Source: Nymphaea colorata (Eukaryota). From it: a stretch of 64,000 bases of DNA. The stretch spans positions 23,374,001 to 23,438,000 of the forward strand of contig NC_045138.2 in assembly GCF_008831285.2 (NCBI RefSeq). The letters are read 5' to 3'. This document shows positions 40,901 to 54,357 of the stretch, in pieces (position 1 is the first letter of the stretch; each line of letters begins with the position of its first letter). Position numbers and translations under genes: made by a program. The notes below the pieces were generated by a model, which worked only from the letters and a program-made list of their open reading frames with translations, had not been told where the DNA came from and searched no databases.

Positions 40901-43900
40901 TCTTATATTATCTCACTTATTGTGTAATTGTTGATTAAGTGAAAATAACATTCTCTCTCCTAGGGTTGCGGTCTTGCCCCTAGGTTAGAGCTTCTCCGTG
41001 GTTTTTCACCTCTTACTGAGGTTTTCCACGTATATCGTGTGTTTCTTCTCCATTATCTTCTTGCGTTGCTTGTTTCTACATGGTATCAGAGCCAGCGCGT
41101 GTGGATTCTTTGGTGTGATCGTGGAGTTTCCGCCTTTTTTTTCCGCCGCCGTTGGAGTTCCTTGTTTTTCCCGCCGCCCGCCGCTGTTGACGTTTCCGCG
41201 GCCGCCGCTGTCTTTTTCCCGCCACTGCCGCTGCGTTTCCGCCGCTGGTGACCTGCGGCACCGCTGTTCTTCCGCCGCTGCTAGGGTTTCTCTCGCCGTC
41301 GCCGTCAGGGCTTCTCCTGCCGCCGCCGTCAGGCCTTAAGTCTCTTCTGCCGTGGTTCTTCCACCTTCGCCGCCGCTTGTCTTGTTTTCTCTTGGGCTGG
41401 TGCCGCGTGTCCTGGTGTTGGATATTGCCTTCATGTGGGGATTGTGATGGCAGAAGAGATGCCTTGCAAGATCGATGCTGCCTTTGACTCGGGCAGTCAT
41501 ACCAAGAATGAGAACTTGCCTGTTCAAGTCACCTCCATTCGGCTGAACAAAGACAACTATCTCTCTTGGTCTGCTGCACTTGAAATAGGGATTACCAGTC
41601 GCGGTCGTCTTCTCTATATCACTGGGGAGAAACCTGCACCTTCTAAAACGGATCCACAATGGGCGACTTGGGCGTTGGAAGATAGCCAAGTTAAAGTATG
41701 GATCATTAGTTCTGTTTCCGCTGATATTCAGCCCCTGATCTTGCGTAAGTCGACTGCATATGACATGTGGACTGTGCTTGCAAGGATGTATGGCCGTAAG
41801 AAGAGAGTCTTGCGCACGTACCAAATCAAACGTGGCATCTACTCCCTTAAACAGGGTGACTTGTCTGTGGCATCCTTCTTTGCAGCCCTGAAGACTAAAT
41901 GGGAGGAACTGGACTATCATGTGAATGATGACTGACATTGTGGTTCTGATCATGCCCTGTACTGGGAAAAAGAATGGATGGACCGGACCTTCATTTGCCT
42001 TGGAGGATTACGTGATGAATTTGAATCCATTAGGAGCCAAATTCTAAACTGTGACGAGATTCCTGGGATTGAGGAGGTGTATGCCCGGGTAGAATATGAG
42101 GAACAACGTCGCCAAGTCATGCATATTGACTCCAGCCAGGGGAGTTCTCCCTCAGCGTTTGTTAGCCGTGCCTCTGGGACTGGACAACGTCCTGTTCGGC
42201 GTTGTAGTCATTGTAACAAGTTGGGGCATTCTGTGGATTTCTGTTGGGATATTCATCCTGAGAAGAGACTTGTTCGTGGTCGTCCTCCTTCTAGTCGGCG
42301 AGGGTCGTTTGTGCCTGACTCTAGTCAGGGTAATTCATCACATGTTGAAAAATCAAAGCTTTCCTCTGAGCAAATCAAGGAGTTGCAAGCTTATATCAGC
42401 CGGCTTTCTACTACACAAGAGGAAACTTCCAAGACCGAGGGAGCTAAGTTAGCTCAAGCTCTTGTGGCCACAAGTGATCAAGGTAATCCCTCCCATGGTG
42501 ATTGGATTGTTGACAGTGGGGCTACACATCATATGACAGGGGATCCTAAGCTGTTTCAAGAATACAAATTGTCTTCAGGGCAGCAACGCGTGTCTATGGC
42601 TGATGGGTCTTCTATCTCTGTGGCTGGAAAAGAGAGTTTGTCCTTGTTAAATAAATATTGTCTGCATGATGCTCTTCATGTTCCCAATATTCCTGTGAAC
42701 TTGTTATCTGTCAGCAGTATTACCAAAGAACTAAATTGTAATCTGATTTTCTCGGCTGACCATTGTTTTCTACTAGTGGACAGTTGTCAGGTGTGGAAGA
42801 CCGGTCTATCATTATGCGATGGCACGAGTGTCTTGGACATCTCCCATTCCAGTTGATCAAGAAGTTGTTTCCTAGACTTTTTACATTTGTTTCCATTGAC
42901 TCCTTCACATGTGAAGTGTGTCAGTTGGCTAAGCATGTCAGGGCTTCGTACCCTATTTCTTTCAATAAAACCACCCGTCCATTTGCTTTGGTTCATTCTG
43001 ATGTTTGGGGTCCTTCGGGAGTACCCACGTGTCGTGGTTTTCATTATTTTATGACTCTTATTGATGACTGCTCCCGTTGTACATTCGTGTACCTGTTGAA
43101 AGAACGTAGTGACGTTCCGGTCATTGTAAAAAATTTTGTGGCTTTTGTTGAGACTCAGTTTCAGACCTCTGTTCAGGCTTTCCGCACTGATAATGCTAGA
43201 GAGTATGTCTCTCAATCTCTAGATGATTTCTTGAAGAGTAAGGGTATTCATGAAACGTCCTGTAGTTACACACCTCCCCAAAATGGCGTGGCTGAACGTA
43301 AGAATCGCCATTTATTAGATGTCACTCGGGCTATTATGTTCCATCGGCAGCTTCCTAAGCGCTACTGGGGTGATGCACTTCTCACTAGTGCCCACCTTAT
43401 TAATCGTATGCCTACCCGTGTGTTGCAGGGTCATTCCCCATATTCTATGTTGTGGCCCACTCAGAATCCCTGGCCTCTTACTCCTCGGGTGTTCGGGTGT
43501 GTCTGTTTTGTTCATGACCATAGTCCCACCCTCAAGAAACTTGACCCTCGGTCTATCAAGGCTGTCTTCCTGGGGCATTCCTCCACTCAGAAGGGATACA
43601 AATGTGTTGATCCTACCACTTCTAAAGTCTATGTCTCCCGGGATGTTACTTTTCATGAGCATGAGGCGTACTTTCCTGTGAATCCTCTTCAGGGGGAGTG
43701 TCTAGGGAACAGTAGTGAAGAGTATTCGTCAAATCAATTGATTCAGTTTATGGACTTCTTGGATTACAAGGTTAGTCACAGTGTGGCAGACAGCCAGACA
43801 CAGTCAGAGATGGTAGAGACAGTCACACGGACGGGGGCCTTGTTGTCAATCAGTCCACAGCTCGTGATCACTTGTTTGGCCAGGTGTACACCAGGAAGAA

Positions 43901-46900
43901 GACAGATGTGGTTGAGAATGTTGATATAACCAATTCCAATCTTGTGAGTTCCCCAAATGACCCAAGTCAAATCGATGAAGAGCTTCCTATAGCTTTGCGC
44001 AAGGGCACCAGGTCATGTACTTCTCATCCTATTCAGAGATTTGTCTCTTATGCGAAACTTATTAAGGATTACAAATGCTTTATTACATCCTTGTCTAAGT
44101 CTGTGATTCCCAGGTGTGTAGAAGATGCTAGAGAGGATCCTAAATGGCTACATGCCATGACAGAGGAGATGGAGGCCTTGGCGAAGAATGATACTTGGGA
44201 AGTAGTTGATATTCCCAAGGGGACTCATTTAGTTGGTTCCAAGTGGGTGTTCAATGTGAAATACAAACAGGATGGCACCGTGGAGAGGTATAAGGCTCGT
44301 CTTGTTGCAAAGGGGTTCAGCAAAAAATATGGTATTGATTACCTTGAAACCTTTGCCCCTGTTGCTAAACTGAAAACTGTGAGGGTCATCTTAGCACTTG
44401 CAGTGCAAAAGAAGTGGAGCATGGATCAGCTTGATGTCAAGAATGCCTTCTTGAACGGCTATCTACAAGAAGAGGTCTACATGAGCATGCCTCCTGGATA
44501 TGTTCAAAGCGGAAAATGTTGTCATCTCAAGAAAGCCTTGTATGGGTTAAAGCAGTCTCCTAGAGCATGGTTTGAAAGGCTGAGGATAGTAATGAAGACT
44601 AATGGATACAAACAGGAAAATGGTGATCACACCTTATTCATTAAGCAGAGAAATGGCCTGGTGAGTCTTCTTCTTGTGTATGTTGATGATATGATAGTCA
44701 CAGGTGACGATGAAGAAGAAAAAAGGAAGATGAAGGAAAGGTTAGCTGCCGAATTTGATCTTAAAGATTTGGGTAAACTAAGGTACTTTCTGGGAATCGA
44801 GATTGCTCGGTCAGAGACAGGGCTTGTTATGAGCCAAAGAAAATACACTCTAGATCTTTTAAAGGAGACAGACAAACTTGGATGTAGGCCATTTCTAACT
44901 CCAATGGAGTCTGGTACAAAGATAAGCATCAAAACTGGCAACATCCTTGATGAGGAAGGAAAAGGGAGGTATCAGAGGCTGGTTGGTAAGCTCATTTATC
45001 TTACTCTTACTCGCCCTAATATTATGTATGCTGTGAATGCGTTGAGTCAGTTTATGCATGCTCCTACTGATTGTCACTGGAAGAGTGCAGAAAGAGTGTT
45101 GGGGTACCTAAAGAATGACCCAGGGAAAGGATTACTCTATACTCAGCAAGACCAACTTAATATTGAAGGATACTCTGACGCAGATTGGGCAGAATGCACT
45201 GATACTAGGAGGTCTACCACAGGGTACTGCATCTTTCTAGGGGGTAACCTGGTTGTATGGAGAAGTAAAAGGCAAGAAGTTTGCTCTAGATCCAGTGCTG
45301 AGGCTGAATACAGGGCTGTGGCTATGGGAGTTACAGAAATGCTATGGTTAAAGATTCTCCTAGCGGATATTGGAGTTGAAACGGAAGAAAAGATGAAGAT
45401 GTACTGTGACAACAAGTCTGCGATTAACCTTGCAAACAATCCCGTCCTTCATGACAGAACTAAACATGTGGAGATTGATCGCCATTTCATACGGGAACGT
45501 ATAGATTCCAAGGAGTTCATCCTGCCGTACATGAAGTCTGAAGATCAAATTGCCGATGTTTTGACCAAAGCCTTATGTACATCTCAATTCGAGAAAAATG
45601 TGAGCAAGCTTGGCATGTTTGACATGTATGCCAAGCTTGAAGGGGAGTGTTAGAATATCTTGTATAGGGAACCGGGTCTGGATATGGACCCGGTCCCATG
45701 GGCGCGGGTACCGAGGGTGGCTCGGTACCCTAGGCGGGCCTCCCTCTTATATTATCTCACTTATTGTGTAATTGTTGATTAAGTGAAAATAACATTCTCT
45801 CTCCTAGGGTTGCGGTCTTGCCCCTAGGTTAGAGCTTCTCCGTGGTTTTTCACCTCTTACTGAGGTTTTCCACGTATATCGTGTGTTTCTTCTCTATTAT
45901 CTTCTTGCGTTGCTTGTTTCTACAATTTCATTCAGAAGACTTTTTATCAAAGAAATCTTCATCATAAGTTGGACTTGTTGAAATAACTAGTAGCATGAAT
46001 AACATGGGCTGGTTTAGTAATACATTGATACGACAGTTTCCCAACAAGTTAGTAATGAGTAGGATTAGAAAACTTTTCCGACATCAATTTTTGTCTTTGC
46101 TCCAAAAGTTTCAGGGATATCAATTTTGTTACCATCAAATATCTCAAATGCCATTTGCTGAAAATTTTATCTTTGAAGAAAAGTATCTTTTATAATGGAC
46201 AACCTTAATACAAGAAAATAAGTTGGATAACCCAAATCAGACAGGTTTTTTTTCAGAGGCTTTTTAAGTCACTTATTCCATCTATATCACTTCTTGAAAT
46301 GATCAAGCCATCAACACAAAGTAACAAAATGATGCTCCTGCATGGGCATGAACTAGCTTTTGTGGAGGGAGGGTAGTCCTTTTATATAGACATGAAATAG
46401 CTTTTGGAGGCTATCGAACAGCTACAAGTGAAGGTTTCGAGCCTGCAGAGCAGCTTAAAAGGAAATAACGAAATAATACGGCAAAAAAGAAAAGAAAAAT
46501 ACAGAAGCAAAAAAGAATATGGAAATGATAAAAAAGAAAGAGTTAGTACAATGCAGACCTAATATATTTTCTCACCAAATGTGTGTGTATATATATTATA
46601 TACACACAAATTCACATGATACACATGATCGAGAGATTATGTGTATCACTTTCAAGTTTCAACATGCATAAATAATCATTTTATTTAAGAAGGAAAATGC
46701 TAATTTTCCTTCTTTTGTGTATTCTTTGTATTTCTCTCTTTCCTGTCAACACCAGACATATAGTTGAGTCGATCTACATTTTGTTTAAGATCAGATGATG
46801 AAGTGGTTGCTATATGTGCGGTCCGACCATGGACAATATTTTAGATATCAGGGCAAGGCTCTTCCAACAGAAAGACTTGTAGTACTTTGAGGCATGATCA

Positions 46901-49900
46901 TAGTGACCGGTATGCTTCAATGAATGCATTAGAACTTCATCAAAATCATTTAGTTGATTCAGAGGAATGAAAGATCATTTATTGCCAAATATTCAGCTGC
47001 TAAATTGAAGATCTTTTTGGGAGCCATAATGAGGAGCAATACGAGGGTCTGATTAGGTTTTAAGAAGTATCTAAGATTTTCCTGTCACCTTATTTATTTC
47101 TTTATCTGTTTGGGAGATACAAGGTAGGAATGCAAAATGGAAGCAGAGATAATGAGTGGAAGTAGACCATTTCAGCTGAATGCTGCAGAGGATATTATTC
47201 ACAAACTCATCCCATCTCCATCTTCCATCTTATTTCCCACCCAACACAAAGCCTAAATTTCTTGCAAAATCGCAGGGGCTGAACATGATAAGTTATAAGC
47301 TGATCTCTCTGTGTGTGAATTCATTGTTCATCAAGTTGCTGGCTTGCTGCTCATCTTGTTGGTAATGAGCTTTTCTGGGAACTTTGGAATTCATAGCTAT
47401 ATTTAGATATAGAGATCATCAAGAATAAATTTGTAGTTTAGGCTGCGCTAATTTTCCATGGTACGATATGTTACTTTTTTTACTCACTTCTTGGTCATCA
47501 CTTTTGATACTTCTGCAATGATCTATGGGAATTTCACCATAATGGATTCCCACATATGAAAAATGCTAGTGACATGGAATTGATGACTGTGTGCATGAGA
47601 TCACTTCTCTAGCTAATGAAATGCTTTTGCAATGCCTCAATGTTAGACATTTTCCCCCAATGTATAGGCAGTCCTTGTTAGGTGCTGAAGGTGGTAACTG
47701 GATTCGAAATGCCATACTTCGTCAACAAGTTCAAAGAGCTCTATGCTCATTGTGACAATTTTTTTGGTTCCAGAAGTTATCTGGTTGATCTGTGGCCTCA
47801 TTGAATGCTTTACATATAATTCAATGCTTATCAAACATGCCATTGATTCTTTTTCCTTCTCTTTTTTCCCTTATTTCAGGTCATCTTTGCAGCAAGTGAA
47901 AATGGGTGCATCTGTTTGTGGGACCTGCGGGGTGGGAAAACATCTGCTGCCTTCTTGTCTAACAAAGAGGTTAGATTTTTGTGTTCATGTGGCATGCACA
48001 TGTTTGTGTGTGCATATGTATGTGTAGGGGTTTCTGGTGCACTGCCATGATCTCCTAGTCCAAGCTATAGTCTTGAAAACAAAAGATATGGTGCATCAGA
48101 TTTTTCATTCTAACTCCACACATTACTGCACTTTTTTTTAAAAAATGGGGTATTATGACAGGCAAAGTCAATGCATAAGTTATGCCTTTGATGAGATTGC
48201 TAGTTCCTTTAGAGGATTAAGTGGTGCACATGTTAGATGCATGCATATTTATATTTAGGCTTTTTGACATGTCTTTTTTGTATATTCAAAGATTAGATAT
48301 TCTCTTAAGGTTATTTCCTTGATCAAACTAAAATTGCATTTGAGATTATTGATGACCAGGAATTACTGGTGTTAAAACCTGTGAAACTCCTGAAATAGTA
48401 GGAGAAAAATTAAAAATCGAATTAAAAATCGATGATGGTGTGCCTCTGATGTCACTCTGTACAGACAACTTATTGGATCCTTGATGGATCTTAACATTAC
48501 TGTGTGTGCTATTCTCATGCTGTACATGTTGTAAGCCAAATTCAGCTACTTCAACAGCAGTTCATATGACTGCAGTTTTTTGGATTATTAGATAAAGAAA
48601 TATTTTTATGTTTGCCTTGGTCCCAGACCTGTCTGACCTACTGTTAGCTTTGCTAAAGCAGTACTCAATGGGGGTGGCATAGCACAGCCCTCACTGATGT
48701 GAGTGACTGGACACCACATCTCGACCGAAGCAGTTGATCGCCCTCGTGCAGTACCCAAACCTGTTGATCTATGAATGACGGATTGCTTTTTTGTTAGCCC
48801 TTGAAGCTTTCCTCGAGGCTCTTCGGGGCTATATTAACTATATATGAACTATAGAAAGTTCTTGGGCGTCTTTCCCTCTCTCTTTCTTTTCCGGTAACCG
48901 GTGAGCTACAGCGATGGTACTCTCCAGTGGGTCTTGATCAACGTCTAATTGCTTTCATAAACCTGACTGGATCCCATCCCGGCTGGCTATCCGAAGCAGA
49001 TTGTCAGTACTGGGCTGGGTGGGCGAGGCTGGGGATTTTCTTTCTTTCGGCCCAACGTCACTTTGACGTCATGAGCACTGAAAAGCTGAATTTAATTTCC
49101 TAAATGACTCTGATTAGGGAAGTGACCCAAATGGCTATCACTCCTGTTCTTTTTTTGTTTTCAAGAGAATTACTAATTTCTTCGAGGTGCAATAACAACA
49201 AAAGGTGCCTTTGACGGAAAGAGAGAATCTGATGACCCATTTTTCTGGTTCTTGGAAAACAGGTGTATCACCCTCCCTTGTCAATTGTCAAACTAGCTTC
49301 TGCACTTGAGAAAATATGTCCATTGAAGGTACAATGGTCTAAACAGTTTCCTTGGTAAATTTTTGTTCTTTATGTTATGCCTTTTGATGTGATGTTTGGT
49401 TCTATTTTCTTTTGCTAAAAGCAATTCAATGAATTGCTTTCCATGATGAACGGTTCTCTGGATGAAAACTTTATTTTCTATCATACACTGTGTGCTCTTG
49501 TTGTTCAGCCCTCTGTTTGTTGTTGCCACTAGGTGGTTTTCAGATCCTGCTGTTGCATCTTCATGGTCTAGTTGTTATTTGGCTTGGAGACTCTTATAGT
49601 GTGCACATGCTATTGTTATTCCAATTAAGAGATTTTAGCATTAATCCTGTGATTTGCCTCATATATTCCAGTTATCTATACGCTGGGCAATCGCCTTAAG
49701 CATTTTCTACTAGTAAATCAGACACAATTTGACATATGGTCAGATTCACTGACTTGTCCAGCTATGTTAGGACCTTAGGATGAATCAATAGGCTTTTGCC
49801 CCTTTTGGATATGAGGTGGAGTTTCTGTAAATAATATTAGAAGGGAACATCAATCTTAAACAAGCCTTTATTTTTTCTTTCCCATAATAACAAATTGACA

Positions 49901-50880
49901 TTTGAACTTGTGTTAATTGTTACTGCTGAGTGTCTTATTAAGCTTGTAAAATCACATATTTAATTCAAAAAAGTTTCCTTCTAAGTACTAAAGACTATGG
50001 TTTCTTCTGCTTTTCTAACTGCTGTTAAGCCATACCAAATACCTAGTCTGGAAAAAGTTTTGAACAGGCCATTTCTCTTCCCTGCTTTTCCACCTTTGGT
50101 AGCTCCTGATAGTGCTCACAACAGAGATGCAGTTATCCACTTAATCATCTCTTGTTCCTTTGAGAATGAAAAGCAAAAGGCACATATTTTGGTGAAAGCT
50201 GTTAGAAATCAATACTACATTTTAGCTAACTTTGATTTTTGCACTCATGCAGGAGCAATCAGAAATTTTCTCATGGGGAATTCAATCAATCAGCCTTGAC
50301 CCATCTTGTTCATATCAATTGGCATTCCATCTTGATGATGGCTGGTATCTTCAATACATGGCCATCATGCACGTGTATATGTATATGTATATATATATAT
50401 TTTGATCCTTGCACGGAATGGAACAGAATCATTATATGCCTGGTAACTGACTTAAGACTATATGAGAAGATTCATGCATGCCTCCAGGTTGAACCATGGA
50501 TTATATTTTTAAATGTTGGCATCTTATGATTACTTGAAGTTTGAGAATAAGATTCAGTTGTTAATCTGATCCGGAACCATTATGCAGGTTCACATCTTAG
50601 TTTAGCATGTCTGGGGCTTGAAAAGAATCCGACTCAATCACATGTAACCTCTGATACATGGGTGCGCTTGTGCACCTGAATTGTCAGTGTCGACTCGCCT
50701 GGACATGGGCACGGGTACAGACATGCCTTTGACATTTCAGGTGCATAGGCATACCCATGTATTGCTGTATCTGTAATTATATGTTCAATATACAACATAG
50801 AATTTATATATTCAATACATTACAATATAATTATATGCATTGTATTGGATTGTAATCTTAATGAATGTATTTTTCCATAT

Positions 50881-50912
<32 letters not shown>

Positions 50913-52947
50913 ACGTCTCGGAGTTTTATAGCCAGCCGTACCCATGTACCTGTGATTTTGAATTTTGTCTGCACCCGTACCCATGTGACATAGCATGTAA
51001 CTATCCAGGCTTAAGCTGGGAATCTAGTCAACCAAGATCTGGTTAGGTTGGACTCAGAAAAATCTGGGTTCAAACCAAGCTTGAATTATTGACATACCTA
51101 ACAGCAGCTGATTACTCATCAAACATCTGAATAACATTGTCTAGAGATGGAGCCCATGAAGTAGGAGTGTTTGTTGCATTGATGGGCTTTCCTTTTGGTG
51201 GGTACACTTCATATAGAGCTGGAAATGCTGTACTTTCATTTTATAGGTACCTAGTAGTATGTGTACTTACTACTTAATGGAAGAATAATGATTAATGGTA
51301 CACATTCGACGTTTTGGGAATGCTGGTTGGATGCTAAAGTCTTTTTAATTAATAACACCAAGAGTCCTTCGTTCATTTGCTTGGAGGCTGTGGATAAACC
51401 AGAATAGTTTTGATCAACATCAGTTAGCCTTATAGGTTTGCAAACATAATCTTGTTGAAGCTTGTATTTCATGTTTTTGGTGAATAAACATGAGTATGTT
51501 GTACAGGGCAGGAAAACGTTCCATGAAGAGCTTATAATCTTGTCATGGGCGTTATTGTGTATGGGAATCAATTTATCTGAATTATCAATTTTTCATAAGC
51601 TTTACATCCCAAATGTTTGCAAGCTTGTTGATAAACAGGGAACCACTGGTTGTGGTTTGATGGACCAAAAAGAATGTATGGATAACAAATATTTTCTATC
51701 ACTATAACAATTATTATGAATTTTCACTATCAGAGCAGAAATTTCAATTTCAAAGGCTTATGGACCATAGGTGTAGTTTGAGTTAAAATATTCCCTCTGA
51801 AATCTTTGATCTGTAAATAATTTCCTTTCCTCTTATTTCATCACATATGTATGCGGACTCAAAGGAAGTAAAAAATCTTATGAAACTGAGAATTTCAAGC
51901 TCTTTGAGAATTATGATGCCTTCCAGTCTTGCTGTTACTGCTATGTTCTACATAACTTATGATTTACGTGTCAAGTTGCTCGCATAAACTCTGGTATTAT
52001 TCTTTCCATAGGTCTGGAGTGTTAAATTTGAATACTTTAGAGGTGACTCACATTCATTGCCCTCCCCCAGCATGGCTGTAAGTTATGCATACATAATTTG
52101 CCTTCCTTTGTTCAGTTTTAGATATCATGTGCTATATATGCTCACTTAGGTAGTATTGGTAGCAGGGATGGCACAGCAAGCAATTACTTTTCAAGGAGAA
52201 AACCATCATATCTGCCAGCGTTATCGGTGTGGTTGGAGGCTCTAATACTCTTTGTTATGTTTATGTCAGGCTACCACTATGTGACTAGCATAAAATTCAT
52301 AAATCTTGAGCTGTGTCCCTGTCAAGACTAATTTACATGCTCCTTTTGTGGTTTATGTAGTTATAAGGATTACATGTTGTGTGGGCAGTTGACCTCGCTT
52401 GGGGACTGGGCAACTTGTCAGTCCCCCCACTAAAGATATATCATTACACATATGAATAATATACAGAGCACAACTAAATGATCTAACAGCATGTAACATA
52501 CTACACTAGCCTAAAACAGAAAAGAAATGAAGTTTAAATGCTTGCATAGATACACCACACATATATAGCGAGTGAATGATGACTCTGGCTATCCAGAGTC
52601 ACCCGGCCATCTGATTAAGACTGTCCGTTTGAAACAGATGAATGGTTGAGAGAAAAACAAGGAGAAAAATATATAGACTAATACTAGATGACAAAAATGT
52701 CCATCACATTTTTCTCCTTATTTTTCTTATAACTGTCTGTCATGATAGATGGCCCTGATTAGATGGCTGAGTGACTCTAAGTATATATACTTATATGCTA
52801 ACAACTGTATTTAAGGACCCAAAATGTTACCAATATATTATACTAAGTAATCACTGTTTCATTAAGAAATGTAAGGACATGCTTACTTTGATATCAACTG
52901 CACAACAAATACAATACCTAGTGTGGCAAGGGGGAGGAGTTGTGATC

Positions 52948-52987
<40 letters not shown>

Positions 52988-54294
52988 ACACACACCAAGC
53001 ATAAAGGTGTTTGACTATGCCTAGTTACACTAAGTGAGAGAGCATAGACATGCTAGTCATTGTGGTAGTGAAGTTAGACTAGAAAATGTAGGTGAGTTTT
53101 GACTGCATAGATCATGGGAGACAATCCTTTGCCTTAAAAAAGGTGCATTTATGTGTGATTCTTACATTATTTTTTGTCATCCAAACTGTTGTTGTCATCA
53201 AGCAAAAGAATTGTCTGCAGACAAGAATTGGGTTTGTTGGTAAATTGTACTGCCACTGTGCAGATCTATGCTGTTCCATCTTCATGTGAGAATGGGATTC
53301 ATTTACTGGATTTTTATCCAGATGCAAGTGCAGCTTCTCATGTAGATTTTGAGTGAGTTCTGCTTGTACTTCAATTTGAAGTTTGTTGTAGCTCGATGTT
53401 TTTCTTTTCATGCTAACCGTTTTCTTTTTCTATTTTTGTGAAGTGATAACACAGAGTCAGGAGCTCAAAGTTGCCATGTTCACAACACTTTTGTGTCTCT
53501 TTCTGGCCTTGTTACTGCCTGTGCTGCTCATCCTTTGAATGCCACAATCTTAGCTGGAACAATGGTACATCCATCCCATATAAATGGCTTGCTGGAGGCT
53601 TTCATATCCATGTAGTTCACGAGTGAAGCTCACTCTTCATCATTGTTTTCAATCATAATGCTTTGTGATCATTCTTTGTTGCTTCACCTGGCTGTTCTTA
53701 TGCATGTGGCCATTTAAACTGAGCCATTTTCTTTAAATTTTTGTGCATGATGCATTTTTTCTCGAATATCTGAAGTCTCATGAATTTCTCATTGCTTCCA
53801 GTCTGTAAAGTTACAGTCTTAAGAAACACTAATTTTCAGTCATTAAGGCATATCGAAATAGGGACATCATATGAGTGATCACTTACCAGCCAATCTGGAT
53901 ATTTTTATGAAAGCCACGTTAGATTTCTGAGAGGTGGATATTTTTATGAAAGCCACGTAAGTTGACTGGGTTGTATTTGAATGGGGAGTAGGTAACATGC
54001 TATGTATGCATCAAGTAATTTAAAGACATTACTTAAGACACTATGTTAGATGCTGCTTCCACAGGTCGTTGATTACATTCAAATTGGGCACTTTATCTAT
54101 AACATATGCTGACACGTGGTTTGTAATATCCTTTGCCATTTGGCTTAGAAGAAGAACTCAATTTTTAGTCTTTCATTGGCCAAAATAATGAGATCACTTT
54201 ACCCTTGTTAGCCAAATTCAACTACTACATCATACAGGTGTTGGTTGCAGGTGGGGTGTGAGAGTGGCATTTTTCATGACAACATGGGCATGGT

Positions 54295-54357
<63 letters not shown>

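Noticed and set aside
46200..46750. Possible solo LTR resembling the 33499 LTR layout
   Set aside because: Ends and TSD could not be defined
53112..53143. Possible extra WD40 mini-exon
   Set aside because: Exons 15 and 16 already join in frame and give the expected RKPS.LP..SIY continuity
53896..53958. Short local duplications (also ~24928-24970 and ~32627-32765)
   Set aside because: Ordinary slippage/repair duplications with no sign of function
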